This document shows positions 26,304 through 38,550 of a stretch of DNA of 64,000 nt, in pieces; the stretch's first letter is position 1; each line of letters begins with the position of its first letter. The translations under genes were made by a program, and so were the position numbers. This DNA is from Nymphaea colorata (taxonomy: Eukaryota), in assembly GCF_008831285.2 (NCBI RefSeq), contig NC_045138.2, positions 6,510,001 to 6,574,000 of the forward strand, read 5' to 3'. The notes under the pieces are model-generated. The model was not told the DNA's origin. It made no database searches and worked only from the letters and a program-made list of their open reading frames with translations.

Positions 26304-26500
26304 ACCCATGCAGGCAAAGGGATAAACCTGCCACGTGAGAGCAACCCACGCAGGTAAGGGGTCAAACCTGCAATGCAAGCCAATGCAACCCATTTCAATT
26401 GGGTTAATCCTGAATTCAATATTGGCAAACCCATGCAGGCAATGGGTTAAACCTGCAATATAAGCTCAAACCACCCATTCAGGTAAGGGGCTAAGCCTGA
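26304..26500 (+). repeat. Five spaced ~28-nt structured repeats (ACCCAYGCAGGYAANGGGNYAAACCTGC) in the element's 3' UTR
   Basis: Units at 26304, 26344, 26388 (degenerate), 26429 and 26473, with non-identical ~12-16-nt spacers. Confidence 0.85.
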
Positions 26501-26584
26501 AAACATCTCTCCAAAAATGTTTTGTTTGGAAAATTTGTGGTACTTATATTTGTCACTAAGCACGGATAGCACCGGCTCACTAAC

Positions 26585-26595
26585 AAAGAGGGGCA
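26585..26595 (+). other. Polypurine tract (AAAGAGGGGCA)
   Basis: Immediately upstream of the 3' LTR. Confidence 0.8.
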
Positions 26596-26597
26596 TC

Positions 26598-28718
26598 TGT
26601 AATCACCCCAAATTTTTCCAAAAAGAATGCCCACTTTTATTAAAAACACAAAACCCAGTTTTTGGATCTAAATTGGTCTAAAACCACAGTCAAATCCAAA
26701 TTAGATCCAAAAACCCAAGTTCAAATCCAAATCAAGCATTTGAGACCCATTTGCCATTCCTTTTGACAAAAAAGCCTCCTTTTAGAGAGTGATTTTGGTC
26801 TTTTTGGTGGACAAGACCCATTTGCCCCTCCTTTTTTACAAAGAACCTCCTTTTAGAGGGTGATTTTGGTCTTTTTAGTAGACAAGAGCCATTTGCCTCT
26901 CATTTTTTACAAAGAACATCCTTCTAGAGGGCGATTTTTGTCTTTTTGGTAAACAAGACCCATTTGCCCCTCCTTTTTTTACAAAGAACCTCCTTTTAGA
27001 GGGTGATTTTGTTCTTTTTGGTGGATGAGACCTATTTGCTCCTCTTTTTTTTATAAAGAAACTCCTTTTAGAGGGTGATTTTGGTCTTTTTGATAAACAA
27101 GACCCATTTGCCCATCTTTTTTTTTACAAAGAACCTCCTTTTAAAGGGTGATTTTGGTCTTTTGGTAAATAAGACTCATTTGTACCTCATTTTTTACAAA
27201 GAACCACCTTTTAGAGGGCAATTTTGGTCTTTTTTTTTACAAACAAGACCCATTTGCCATTTTTTTTGACAAAAAAACCTCCTTTTAGAGGGCGATTTTG
27301 ATCTTTTACAAAAAAAAAAATCAAATTTTAGGTTTTGGCTCCAAAATCCTCTATAAATACCCCTCACTTCCCCCCTCTTGGGCAAGATTGGCCCTTGGGA
27401 GAAACTCTAGTGTATTCTCATTTGAAGACCTAGAGTTTCTCTTGATCTCTCTCTCTCCCTCCTCCTCTTTTCATTTCTCTCTAACTTAGAACAAGCCACA
27501 ACCCTCTTGAAGGCATAATCTTGGAGCTTCACTCAAAGGGATCTTCAAGCTAAGGTGTTCATTTTCCAAAAGCTATTCTCACAAGAGGTATGTAATCAAT
27601 ATCTCACCTCTTTCTTTCTTCGTTTTCCTCCTCTCCCCATGGCCAAAGGAGATAGCTCACACTCTCTATTTTAGAGTCAAGAGGCTATGCTCAAGTGCAC
27701 CGGGAGCATAAGAAGATGAGATCACCTTCCATTACATGATTAAATCATGTTCTTTCTTTTCTTGATTACAGTGTTTTCTCATTGTTCTTCCTCTTCATTA
27801 ATATTTTCTTGTTATTATTGCCATTTCTTTTCTTTGAATATAGTTTGGTTGTTGTTCTCTTTATGTTCTTCTCATCTTTATTTCCCCATGGCCAAAGAGA
27901 TAGTACTTAATCTCTTTTTATAGACAAGAGGCTATGCTCAAGTGCACCAGGAGCATGAAAAAATGAGATGATCCTTCATTTCATAGTTATATTACGCCCT
28001 TCTAGTTGAATCTTTCTCTTCTTATCATCCTCTCTCTTTTTCTCTCTCGCTTTCCTTCATTGAATATTGTCTATATGCTATCAATTCATGCTTGCTTAAT
28101 TTTTCATTTATATGTGGATGCACGGTGAGAATGAGAGTGTGGTTCGGGATTCTCTCTTTATTATTATGTTGATTAATTTTCGAGGTCGGGGCTTGTCCAA
28201 CCCGGGAAGAACCTTCACGAATTTGTACATGTTAAAGTGCATTTTCATATCATTTCGCGTCAGTTTCTTTTTAATCGACTGATTAGGAACCCTAGTGAGC
28301 ACCCTATCGTGTGGTTTGAGTTTTTTTCATACCCAACGGTGGAAAAAACATATTCCCTTGTAACTAATGAAATAACTATGTTTTATGTTTTTCAAAATAT
28401 TTTCAAAAGATTCCTTTTTAATATGGCTTTGGAGACTTAGTTTAGCCTTTTGTATGAGTCCAAGCACCCCTTCGGCCTATATGAAACTTGAAGTCGGATG
28501 ATTTAACTTATCTTTAGACTCATAAAGTCATACATGCATATACATGTTATATACATATGTGCACATGATGATTCTCTTTATCATTCTCTCTCTATGTTTA
28601 CATATCTCTTTCGAAATTTTTTGTATCAACATAAATGCATATCTATATATGAATCTCTTACTTTCTCTCTCTACAATCTTTTTCTCTTTTCAAGTCAAAT
28701 GCCTTCATCTACAAATTT

Positions 28719-28779
<61 letters not shown>

Positions 28780-29891
28780 TTCTCCATTTCTTTTCCTCTA
28801 AAATCTTTTTCTTTATTCACATCAATGAAGTTTTTACAATCTTTCATATATGTGTATATGTGATTGTATATACACATGTATGTGCATCTTTTCTACCGCC
28901 CTCTCTCTCTCTTTCTTTTAAAAGCTTCATTTTCTTTCTCTACTCAAATTCAAACCTCATTTTTATAAACTTACATATATGTATCTATACGTATATAGAT
29001 ATACATATAGATGTATATGTGTATGTGTGTAGGAATGCATATCTTTCTTCCTTTTAAATCTTCATTTTTTTATTTTCAAGACCTCATTCTCTTCCTCCTT
29101 CTCTAATTTTCTTATAATCAAATATTTCATCTTTGGCATTCTTTTGGACATTTTTCTTCTCCAAGATCATTTTCATTTATCTACTTCATTAAGACCACAA
29201 CTAAAATAATGGCCCAATATTGAATTCATGCTTGATGGTCTACAATCCCAATCCATTTTCAAAAACTTTTCTTTCTTATATATGATAACTATAAAAACAA
29301 AAATCTTAGATATATGTTGTGGTAGGAATGCCTTAGATGATTGTTGTGGTAGGAATGAGTCATTTTTCTTCCATTCATCTTATGATTGATGCATCCATGC
29401 ATTCATTTCCACTCAATGTCACAAGTGAGCACAAGCACATCTCTAAAAGAATTTAAGCAAGATGAGATGGAGCTTTAACTAGGTGGTAACTGAATTAAAG
29501 CAAAATCTCAAGCCTACTTGAAGTCTTAAGAGGACACTAAAATGACTTCAAAGTGATTCCCCAAGCTTTCCAATGATATTCTCAAGGATTTCCTTCTAGT
29601 TTTTCCAAAATATTTCACATTCTCAAGCAACTCTTCAAGAACCTTTTCAAAAGTTTGAAACATCAAACTTTCAATATTTTTCTACACCGCATATAGAATC
29701 AAAGAGATGTTCAAGTTAAAACGAAATGCATTAATAATAAACATAGCCCTTGAGTTGATTACCCCCGGTAAAGGCGCCGGGAACGGTCGACCCTCGTACT
29801 GATGGGCGAGTCCCTTTCTTTCCTATTTCAAAACAAAAACTCATTTTTCTGGAGCACACCAAAACCAACCAAAAATTTTGGGATGCAAACA
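26598..29891 (+). repeat. 3' LTR (3294 bp)
   Basis: TGTAATCACCCCAAA...GGGATGCAAACA, followed by the TSD AGTTT. Confidence 0.95.
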
Positions 29892-29896
29892 AGTTT

Positions 29897-30702
29897 GCAC
29901 TTGCAAAAGCTTGGGTTCAGAATTGCCAAGACTGATACGTCTCTATTTATTCTCATTGATGGTCAAGTTCAACCCTTTGTGTTAGTTTATGTAGATGATA
30001 TCATTGTTACAGTAAACAAGGAAGAAGTATCAAAGCTCATGTCTCATTTAGGGTAGGAATTTGCAGTGAAGGATTTGGATACATTGCATTACTTTCTTGG
30101 GATAGAGGCCATAGAAATACCTAATGGTCTCACTCTCACACAACAAAAATATATCTTGGATCTTCTATTTAAGGTCAAAATGGAAGAAGTTCGACCTGTC
30201 TCTGCACCAACGGCCACAACAAACATGGAAATTCTGGAGAAAAACTTCATGATGCTACTCTTTGTCGTAGTACAATTGGTGCCTTATATGCAGCTTTGAC
30301 ATGTCTTGACATTAATCAGGTGTGTCAGTTTATGCGTTCACCTACAAAGACCCATTGGGCAGCTATAAAAATGATCCTAAGATATTCAAAGGCCACTATC
30401 CATGAGGGACTAGTTATAAATGCTTCATCGCAGTTATCTCTGTTTGTTTTTACTAATGCAGATTGGGTCGGCTGCCCTATTGATCAAAGGTCCACCAGGG
30501 GATATGCCATCTTCCTTGGATAAACATTGGTCACATGGAGCTCCAGAAAACAAAATGTAGTATCCAGGTCAGGCACTAAAGCCGAGTATCAAGCACTAGC
30601 AAATGCAATGGCTGAGCTTCTATGGATGAAATATTTGGTGCAAGAAATCAATATACATTCCACGCATATTCCAACAATATGGTGTGATAATGTGGGTGCA
30701 AC
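29897..30702 (+). mobile_element. Degenerate Ty1/copia retrotransposon, 3' part (RT-RNase H), truncated
   Basis: VLVYVDDII, MKDLDTLHYFLGIE, NADWVGCPIDQRSTRGY, KAEYQAL, IWCDNVGA. Continues the sequence interrupted at 14496. Confidence 0.9.
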
Positions 30703-31121
30703 CAGGGGCGGAGGGAGGGGGGCAGTGCCTGGGCCATGGCCCGGGTGGACTCCATAGGTATGGTATCAGTGGCAGAATCCAACTTGTTTCCATGAATGTT
30801 TTATCGAGTCATTTAGATTTGCATCTGTTGCTCGAATTTTAGTACAAAATTCTCCTTCTCCCTCCGCCCATACATTCCATTTACATATAACATATATATG
30901 TATGTGTTTGGGGTTGAATAAAATTTCATGTGATTCAGTAAACGGATGGGAAAAAAAATTTATACTTGAAAAATCAAAAGTTTTTATTTTGGCCCGACCC
31001 TTCGCGATGTGTTGGCCCTACCATATTTCGCCGGCCCCACCCAACGTCGCTTCCTCCCTCTCTGGCTCAAAGATCTGGACCGTTTGGCCCTCTCCTGAAA
31101 AAATTCCTGGCTCCGCCCCTG
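30703..31121. mobile_element. hAT-type MITE without a matching TSD
   Basis: Perfect TIRs CAGGGGCGGAG / CTCCGCCCCTG; flanks GGTGCAAC and TCCTCAAG differ. Confidence 0.8.
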
Positions 31122-32359
31122 TCCTCAAGGGTCTGAATACAGAAATCCAGACACTAATGTTTTAAAGGATATTAGCCTTTTTTATTTTCATTTCTTACAA
31201 AGTAATAGAGTTTTTATGTTTTTTCTTAAAAAAAAAACGGTTGTTAAAATGACGCATTTGTTTGAGGTTATCTCGTGACGAACAAACCAGAGGAAGAAAA
31301 AAAAGATTTGACTTATTTTTTATTTTGGTTTTGATTGGAACACGTAGAAAAAGCATTTTCCTTTCTTGAGGAGTTGAGTATGGAGGATGGAGCAGGGGTG
31401 GTGGGCATGATCGGTGGCAGATTAATTTGAGTTTTGGCCGTGAAGAAAAACAACACATGATTTTGGGGTTCGCTTTTATTAAATGCTTGTTACTTGTAAC
31501 TAACCATGAATATGGTTCATCTCCCTTCCCCTTTAGGAGCATTTCAAATTCAGTTCGTTTTTCCTTGCATTCTTCTCACTTCACATTCACATTCTTCGAT
31601 GCCAGTTGTTGACTAGTTTATTTTGTCGCTCTTTGTTTGTTTGCCTTTTGTAGTTTATTTTGTATTCTTTTATTTTTTAGCTCCTTTGTCATAGTCTTTG
31701 TTATTGAATTTTTCATTTTATCGGTTATATGTGCACATATAAATAAACAGCACAGCATGTAAGCCAAAGACAAAGTGGGAGTCAAATGCTCTTTGTTGAG
31801 ATCAGAGACCAATTGAAATTCACTTATCGTTAAAGTGTACAGCTGATTCCCCCAATGCAACTGATAGATATGTGCTCACCTTTTACATTATTTAATAAAG
31901 GTCCCCATCTATTTCAAGAAACTCCTCTGTAACTTCTATCTATAAGAAATATTAGCATTTTAATTATTTGCTGACCTTGCTGGAATGCAGTGACACTGTC
32001 GGGCTCATCTGGTAAAACCAGAGAGGGAGCCCAGCAACGGAATAATGACTGTGGTCGTATGTAAAATTTTTGGAAACGAACTGAAAATTTACATAGGAGT
32101 GGGGAACAAAGGTTGGAAAAAAAGGGAGGAGGCGGGGCAAAATTTTGATTATAGGGATATAAAAACCCCTCGCTCACGGATCTACCTCCAGGCCTTCTTC
32201 CCTCAAAACCAAGCTAAGATTTATGTAGGAGAGGAAGAAAATGTGCAGGCAACCATCTCCTCCTCCAGAATCCTCCTCTTACCTTCTCTTCCCAGACAAA
32301 AATTGCCAGCTCCCCATCAAAGCCATGTCCTCCCTCTCTGACCACGATGACTCCCATAA

Positions 32360-32545
32360 TCGTCAGCTCCCCTCGCTAGTAATCGGATTTGTAAACATAA
32401 CGGGTGACTCTGTCATATCTGGCCTGGCGATGGGGATGGAGCCCTTCTGCGGCCAGGCCTACGGCACGCAGCAATGGAAGCTTCTGGACTGCTCCACAGT
32501 GGGGTGGGCTGCTCTGGCTGGCCGTGCCGACTTGCGTGTCAGTCT
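32360..32545 (+). pseudogene. MATE/DTX efflux transporter gene fragment (left arm of fold-back)
   Basis: SLVIGFVNITGDSVISGLAMGMEPFCGQAYGTQQWKLL is the conserved MATE N-terminal motif. LWYGQDED, also MATE-like, lies in the hairpin loop. Confidence 0.85.
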
Positions 32546-32749
32546 GCCAAGAGTGGTGATGGTATGAAATCATGGTGGTGCTCTGCGGGCTGCGGGCTGC
32601 TGGCAGACCCAAAGGAGGCGACGGTTTCTGTGGATTTTCTGTGGTACGGCCAGGACGAAGACAGTCTCACCACCGTCACCACCTTTGGGTCCACCATCAG
32701 CCCGCAGAACACCACCATGATTTCATAACAACTCCACTCTGGGTAGACG

Positions 32750-32925
32750 GACACGCAAGTCGGCACGGCCAGTGGAGCAGACCACCCCAAGGCGCAGTAC
32801 AGAAACTTCCATTGCTGCATGTCGTAGGCCTGGCCGCAGAAGGGCTCCATCCCCATCAGCAGGCAAGATATGACGGAGTAACCTGCTATGTTTGCAAATC
32901 CGATTGCTAGCGAGGGGAGCCGACG
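32750..32925 (-). pseudogene. MATE/DTX gene fragment, inverted copy (right arm)
   Basis: SLAIGFANIAGYSVISCLLMGMEPFCGQAYDMQQWKFL on the minus strand. Confidence 0.85.
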
Positions 32926-33794
32926 ATTATGGGAGTCATCGTGGTCGGAGAGGGAGGACGTGGCTTTGATGGGGAGCTCGTCTGGGAAGAAAAGGTAAGA
33001 GGAGGAAGCTGGAGGAGGAGATTAGATGGTGGCTTGCACATTCTCTTTTCATCCTCTGCTACGTAAAACTAGTAAACAGCTGGCATCGAAGAATGTGAAA
33101 GTGAAGAGAGAAGAAAAGAATGCAAGGAAAGAGGAGCTGAATTTGAAATGCTCTTAAAGGGGAAGGGAGAAGGAGAATATTCATAGTGGCTCCTCCTCCT
33201 CCTCCTCCTTACGTTACCTTACCTTACTAAGAAAGGCAGAACCACTTGATCCTTTTCCCCTAATCAATTCACATCCTCATCCCAATCCCCATTATCATAT
33301 CCATAAGGAGCCCATTTTGCAAAACCTGCATCAACAAGTAACAAGTAACAGGCATATACTAAAAGCAAACCCCAAAGTCGTGTGTTGTTTTTCTTCAAGG
33401 CCAAAACTCAAATTAATCTGCCGCCGTTCATGCCCACCACCCCTGCTCCATCCTCCATACACATTGCCTCAAGAGAGGAAAATTCTTTTTCTACTTGTTC
33501 AAATGAAAACCAGAAGAAAAATCAAATCAAATCTTTCTTTTCTTCCTCCAAAGAATCACATGCTACATGTTTTGCCCAAGATGAGGATGATTATTTCAAT
33601 AAGCACCAATCTGCAGGGGCAGTCTGATAGGCTCAAAAAGTCCAAGTAAATCATCTTTTTGTGTACACAGATAAACATTTTGACAAAAAGTTAGAAGCCT
33701 TCAGCTCTCTAGTCTTTTGTTTTGTGAATTTTACCCTTTTTTAACAAGCTAAACGGGTGAAGTTTTTTCAAGAAAAAAAATTCTCGCTTTCTTG

Positions 33795-33834
<40 letters not shown>

Positions 33835-34829
33835 GTAATAAATTTTTAATACCAGAGAAGCACCAACCCAAGATATCGAACACAATCCCCCAAAAAGAAA
33901 AACCATCACCAGAAAGCAAGCAACGCAATATATTTCATTGGTTTGATTCCCGTAAGCACTACTCTCTGGACTGCAAACAGTGACCCCAAAATGATCACAT
34001 TTTGAAAAAATTGGTTTTTGTTGATTGGTAAGTTTTTTCTTGGTGACCTTTTCTTTTCATTTTCTTCCTTTCTCAAAAGCATCAATCAGCAATGAAATAC
34101 TGGAAGGGTTGGAAGTAGGAACCTTTCAAAATTGATGTTGCTTCTGAACTAATTTTATGAACATGGTTAAGAATCTAACTGGATGACAGAATTTAGCAGA
34201 TTATTCTTCTTCTTGTGGTTCTAAATCGTTTATGGTGGTGTCATTTCCAGAAACCATTTGCAAGAAACTCTTCAAAAGATCCCCATTTCTTGTCCCAGTC
34301 CTCAGAGGCTAATAACCTCTTCTCTCTTTCTCTCTAGGGGATAGGTTGGGTGCTTGCTTTTGGGGCAATAAAAATGAAAAATAGAAGACATGAAAGCATA
34401 AATACTTTATGAAAAAGATAATAAAAAATAATGATAAACTAAAAACTGAGAAGCAAATCGAAAACATATTTGACAAACAATTTTCAACCCACTGAAAAAG
34501 CTCATTACAACATCTCTCACTAAAAATTTCCTAAAAGAGTACGTCATTGAATCGAGTGAAGGCCCAAACCTTCACTTCTCCGATCTCAATCGTCGTAGAG
34601 TTCAGGACGACCTACTTTTGTTGTATAGGGTAACACCACCACTATACTTCAAATTTCATATCGATACATCATTACTTTTTGCAGTACAAAAATTTGATGC
34701 TACAAAAGTTTGAAACCGAGACTGACTGCTTACTGGCTCCCTCCCTCGAGAATAATATATAAATATTCAATGGATTGACTAAGTAAGAGATGAACCAATT
34801 ACTTGAAATAATCTTTAGGCTGATAAGGA

Positions 34830-36665
34830 AGGAGAGGATTCTCCTATTTTCCTCATCACTTTCCTCCCTATATACAATTTTTTTTTTCAATTATTTAATT
34901 ATTATGGACAACATTCCGTGAAAAGTACTGCCCACTTGCCTTCACATTGTTGAGGGCAAAATTTTACAATCTTCCTTATCATTTTTCTCCATATATAATT
35001 ATATTCTTTTTCTTTATTTAATTTTTATTATAAATACTTGATGAAACAATAGTTCACTTGTTTTTAGCAATGTGTTCAAATTTTGAATCTGAAAGCAAAA
35101 TGATTCTATGAACCAGGGAATCGAATCCGAATCATTTGTGAATAAAAAGTTAATTAAATATTTATTTAGATATAAAAATTAAACAATTGAAATGTCAGTC
35201 AGAAAAAGAAGCAAAAATTTTTAAAAACTAAAAAAAAACACAATGAACTCATTTAATGGCGATTCTGCACCTGCTAGCAACATTTTTTTAATAGCAATAA
35301 AAAACCAGTTCTTATTTAAGGTCTAATGAAATAAATTAAAACTTATTGTACGGTCTATTGAATAAAAGAAAAGGTTGAAGGGCTATTTGTACAATTTTTG
35401 GTCGTCCTTCTACCCATACATATATAAGGTGGAGCGGTGGATCCATACAAAAATCGCCAAATTTTTCATGGGCATTGAGTTGGCCTTCAGCAAACTGGTA
35501 AAGAACCGATTTGATTCGAAATGGCCGATTCACCGATTTTAATAACACTAGTTTTTACATTGATGAGGTCGGGATTGTGATTCAAACTTCTTCATCGTTT
35601 TTCTCCATATATAATTTTATTTTTTCTCTAATTATTAATTTATATGATAAAGACTACTTGAAAATTATTGCCCACTTGTTTTCACACGATTGTGTATGAA
35701 GTGAGCTAATAAACTCTTGTTAATATAACTAAAACAAAATCAGAAATTGAATCAAATGGACCGATTCCAAAAAAGTAATAATAATGAGAAAAGGAAAAAC
35801 ATATAAAAGCTTATTGAATGTTAAAAAATAAAAAAAATAAAACAATGAACAAAAAAGTAATGTGTGTCACATGGGGTAAGACGGCATTGAAATAGATTTT
35901 GGCAGAGGTAAGCAAAGATGAAACCTAGGGCACTGGCTCTCAGCTTTGGAACCATTAACGGAGCTCAACGACTCGTTTGCATGAGGAACATCGTGCGAGT
36001 GTTTTATGATTCTTACTCAAATATTGAGTTAAATTTATGAACCACTTGAATAATTTTTTCATGAATCTTCTCCAATATTTAAGGCAGATTAATAAAACAA
36101 CCTCATGCCTGACAGTTCAAAAGTACCTTTCTACATCTTATTGACAGGCAGTCCGTCCCTACTATTCTATTGTCCTATAGAAATATATCTATACCATGTG
36201 CCCTATATAATTTACTTTTAATGTATTTTTATTTTTCTAACTTTTAATAGACTTTTACGTTTTTTTTATTTAATTACTTCGAATCAATCAATTTTTTATT
36301 TTTAGTTAATTCATGGGTAGAGTCTACCTCACTTATTATACCAAATCATGTGAAAACAAGTGGGCAGTACCTTTCATATAGTCTTCACCATAGAAATTAA
36401 TTAAAATAAAAAGTGGAATTATATATAGGAGGAAAACGACCAAGAAGATTGAAAAAATCCTTTCTCCATCAATGTAAGGCAAAACCAGTGACCGATACTA
36501 TTTATGGAGTATTTATAATAGAAATTAAATGAAGAAAAAAAATAAAATTATATACAAAGAAAAATTATAAGGAAGACTAGAAAGTCTTCCCTCTCATCGA
36601 TGTGAAAGCAAGTGGGTGGTACAATCTTCGTGGAGTCTTCACCATAATAATTAAGTAAATAATAT
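34830..36665. mobile_element. Putative non-autonomous DNA transposon with inverted ~125-bp subterminal repeat units
   Basis: AAGTACTGCCCACTTG units on the left and CAAGTGGGCAGTAC / GCAAGTGGGTGGTAC units on the right. Related copies at ~40120-40400 and ~57935-59780. Confidence 0.4.
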
Positions 36666-37625
36666 ATATATTTAAATGGGTGTGAATAACTTATGCCCCC
36701 CAACCCTCCCAAAAAAAAAAAACTTTGGTTTTTCTTTCACACTCGTTGCTAAACACTTCAACCAGGACTCAGATTATTGTTAAAAAACTATGATTTGTGA
36801 AATTAAGCCTAGTTCTCCAAACAGTACAACCTAAAAGCTTAAAAAAATTGAGAAAAAAAATTGCAAAATCGATTGAAAATGAAGAATTATGCCATATCAC
36901 ATACAAGTGAAGAAAAGTCATAATATCTGAATACGAACCCAATGTTGGTCTGCTCACTTTTCCTGAAAGATATCCATTTTCATGAGCAAAAACTCAAAAA
37001 ATGGATCTTTCTAACTTGTTTGAACCAGAGCCAGAAATATATTTTTTGTGAATTTCATTTCCTTCACATTGGTACAGGGCTAACCAGATCTGGACCCATT
37101 TGTGCAATATCTGTATCTCTATTGGAATTAACGTTTGGATCAAGAAACAAATAAGAGCACCATTCACCCAGTTGTTCAACTTCAGGGGAGGTCAAGAGTT
37201 CAAAACTGATGCGGGTGGAGAATAGGGCCTATCTAAGCTCAGCAATCATATTCTTTTTTACTTGACCAAGGGAATGAGAGGACAAGAGACAACAAAACAA
37301 CATTTAACAAGAAGAGGTCCTCGTGCATCACATATATAAGAAGAAAAAAGTTACATTCTCATTCAGTTCTCATCTATTATTTCTAATTCGCTTTTACAAA
37401 TTGGTATATGATTTGCAGGCAATTAACATGCCCATCTTTCGCCGTTGTTTTTTGCTTGCATTAACATAGAGAAATGTCGACGTGGACCAAAATTTGAATC
37501 TATACTTTACAATATCTGCTTTTTCAGATATCTGTATGTCATATTTTGAATTCATGTTCCTTGCTGTCAAAGTAGAAATAAAAATATCATTATCTTTTAA
37601 TGATGTTTTCATTTGTCATATCTTA

Positions 37626-38451
37626 CTCTCGATCCCCTAGTTTGTATGGTTTTCTTTCGAGATGGCACATTGAAAGGAATGGGTGTTTGCGTGGCTGGTG
37701 ATGCATTAGAAAAGGGGGAGTGGGCTAAGTAGATTCCGGGTTTCAACCGATGGCTAGGGGGAGAAAGGAAGGGAACCGATAGAAGGGGCCAGCACTCGAT
37801 CCAGAGTTAGCCGTCTACATGACTGGGCACACGTTTTAATGTGAGCACCAAGAGGAGGCTGAAGGAGATGCTTCCTTTTTTCTTTCTCTCTCTCTCTCTT
37901 TTTTCTTTGTAAAAGTTTTTTGTTTTATTTGACTGAGGCAGGCTGGGTAGCATTTTAGTGGGGAGATCTTCGTATCGGAATCTCCCGTCTCTCTTCCTCC
38001 ATCTGAAATTTTATGTATTTATTTAAAAGGAAGCATAGGAAGAAATGTTTTTTTTTATATAAATGCATAAAATTTAAGATGGAGGAAGGGGGAGGGGGGA
38101 TTCGAAAAAGAATATCTTTCCACCAAAGTGCTACACAGATTGGCTCAGGCAAATAAACAAAAAAAATCACAAAGATAAAAAAAAGAGTGAGAAGGAAGAA
38201 AAAACATTTACTTGTGCCTCCACTTTCCTCTCTTGGAGCTCACATAAAAACCCGTGTCCACTCTTGTAAACTATTAGGCTGGGCTCGAGTCCCCTATACT
38301 GGTTCCTTTCTATCATTCCGCTGGCTATCGGTTGGCCCCCAACACCAATTTAACCAACTCACCCCATTGCTAATGCATCACTAGCCACACAAACACCCTT
38401 TCCTTCCATTGTGCCGTCTCGAAAGAAAATTAGGCGAGCGGGGTCCGAGAG
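37626..38451. mobile_element. ~825-bp fold-back (MULE/MITE-like) element, nearly fully palindromic with diverged arms
   Basis: TTTCTTTCGAGATGGCACA...GATGCATTAG (37651-) versus CTAATGCATC...TGTGCCGTCTCGAAAGAAA (-38429). Symmetry continues to a centre at ~38035. No TSD found. Confidence 0.7.
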
Positions 38452-38463
38452 GTTGGAAATAAA

Positions 38464-38465
<2 letters not shown>

Positions 38466-38548
<83 letters not shown>
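38466..38548. repeat. (AT)n microsatellite
   Basis: About 40 AT units. Confidence 0.95.

Positions 38549-38550
<2 letters not shown>

Larger units (their letters stand above)
14497..29891 (+). mobile_element. Full-length, mutated Ty3/gypsy LTR retrotransposon of the Tat clade, Ogre-type (15.4 kb)
   Basis: TG...CA LTRs; 5-bp TSD AGTTT (14492-14496, 29892-29896); PBS; PPT; extra ORF1 upstream of gag; domain order gag-PR-RT-RH-aRH-INT. Confidence 0.95.
31290..33548. repeat. Long inverted repeat (fold-back): outer arms ~31290-31619 / 33065-33548, inner arms ~32219-32625 / 32672-33066
   Basis: e.g. ATGAAATCATGGTGGTG..TCTGCGGGCTG..GACCCAAAGG..GACGGT versus ACCGTC..CCTTTGGGTC..CAGCCCGCAGA..CACCACCATGATTTCAT; 46-nt central loop. 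Confidence 0.9.
32516..36792 (+). repeat. Copy 1 of a ~4.3-kb direct segmental duplication (partner 55659-59905)
   Basis: Near-identical from GGCTGG(C/T)CGTGCCGACTTGCG to ATTATTGTTAAAAAACTATG. Confidence 0.95.

Noticed and set aside
26304..26500. CRISPR array (28-nt palindromic repeats with spacers)
   Set aside because: Eukaryotic retrotransposon context, spacers only ~12-16 nt, degenerate repeats and no cas genes.
32241..32910. Functional MATE transporter gene
   Set aside because: Only ~60 codons of homology, frameshifted and inverted, with no further transmembrane regions.
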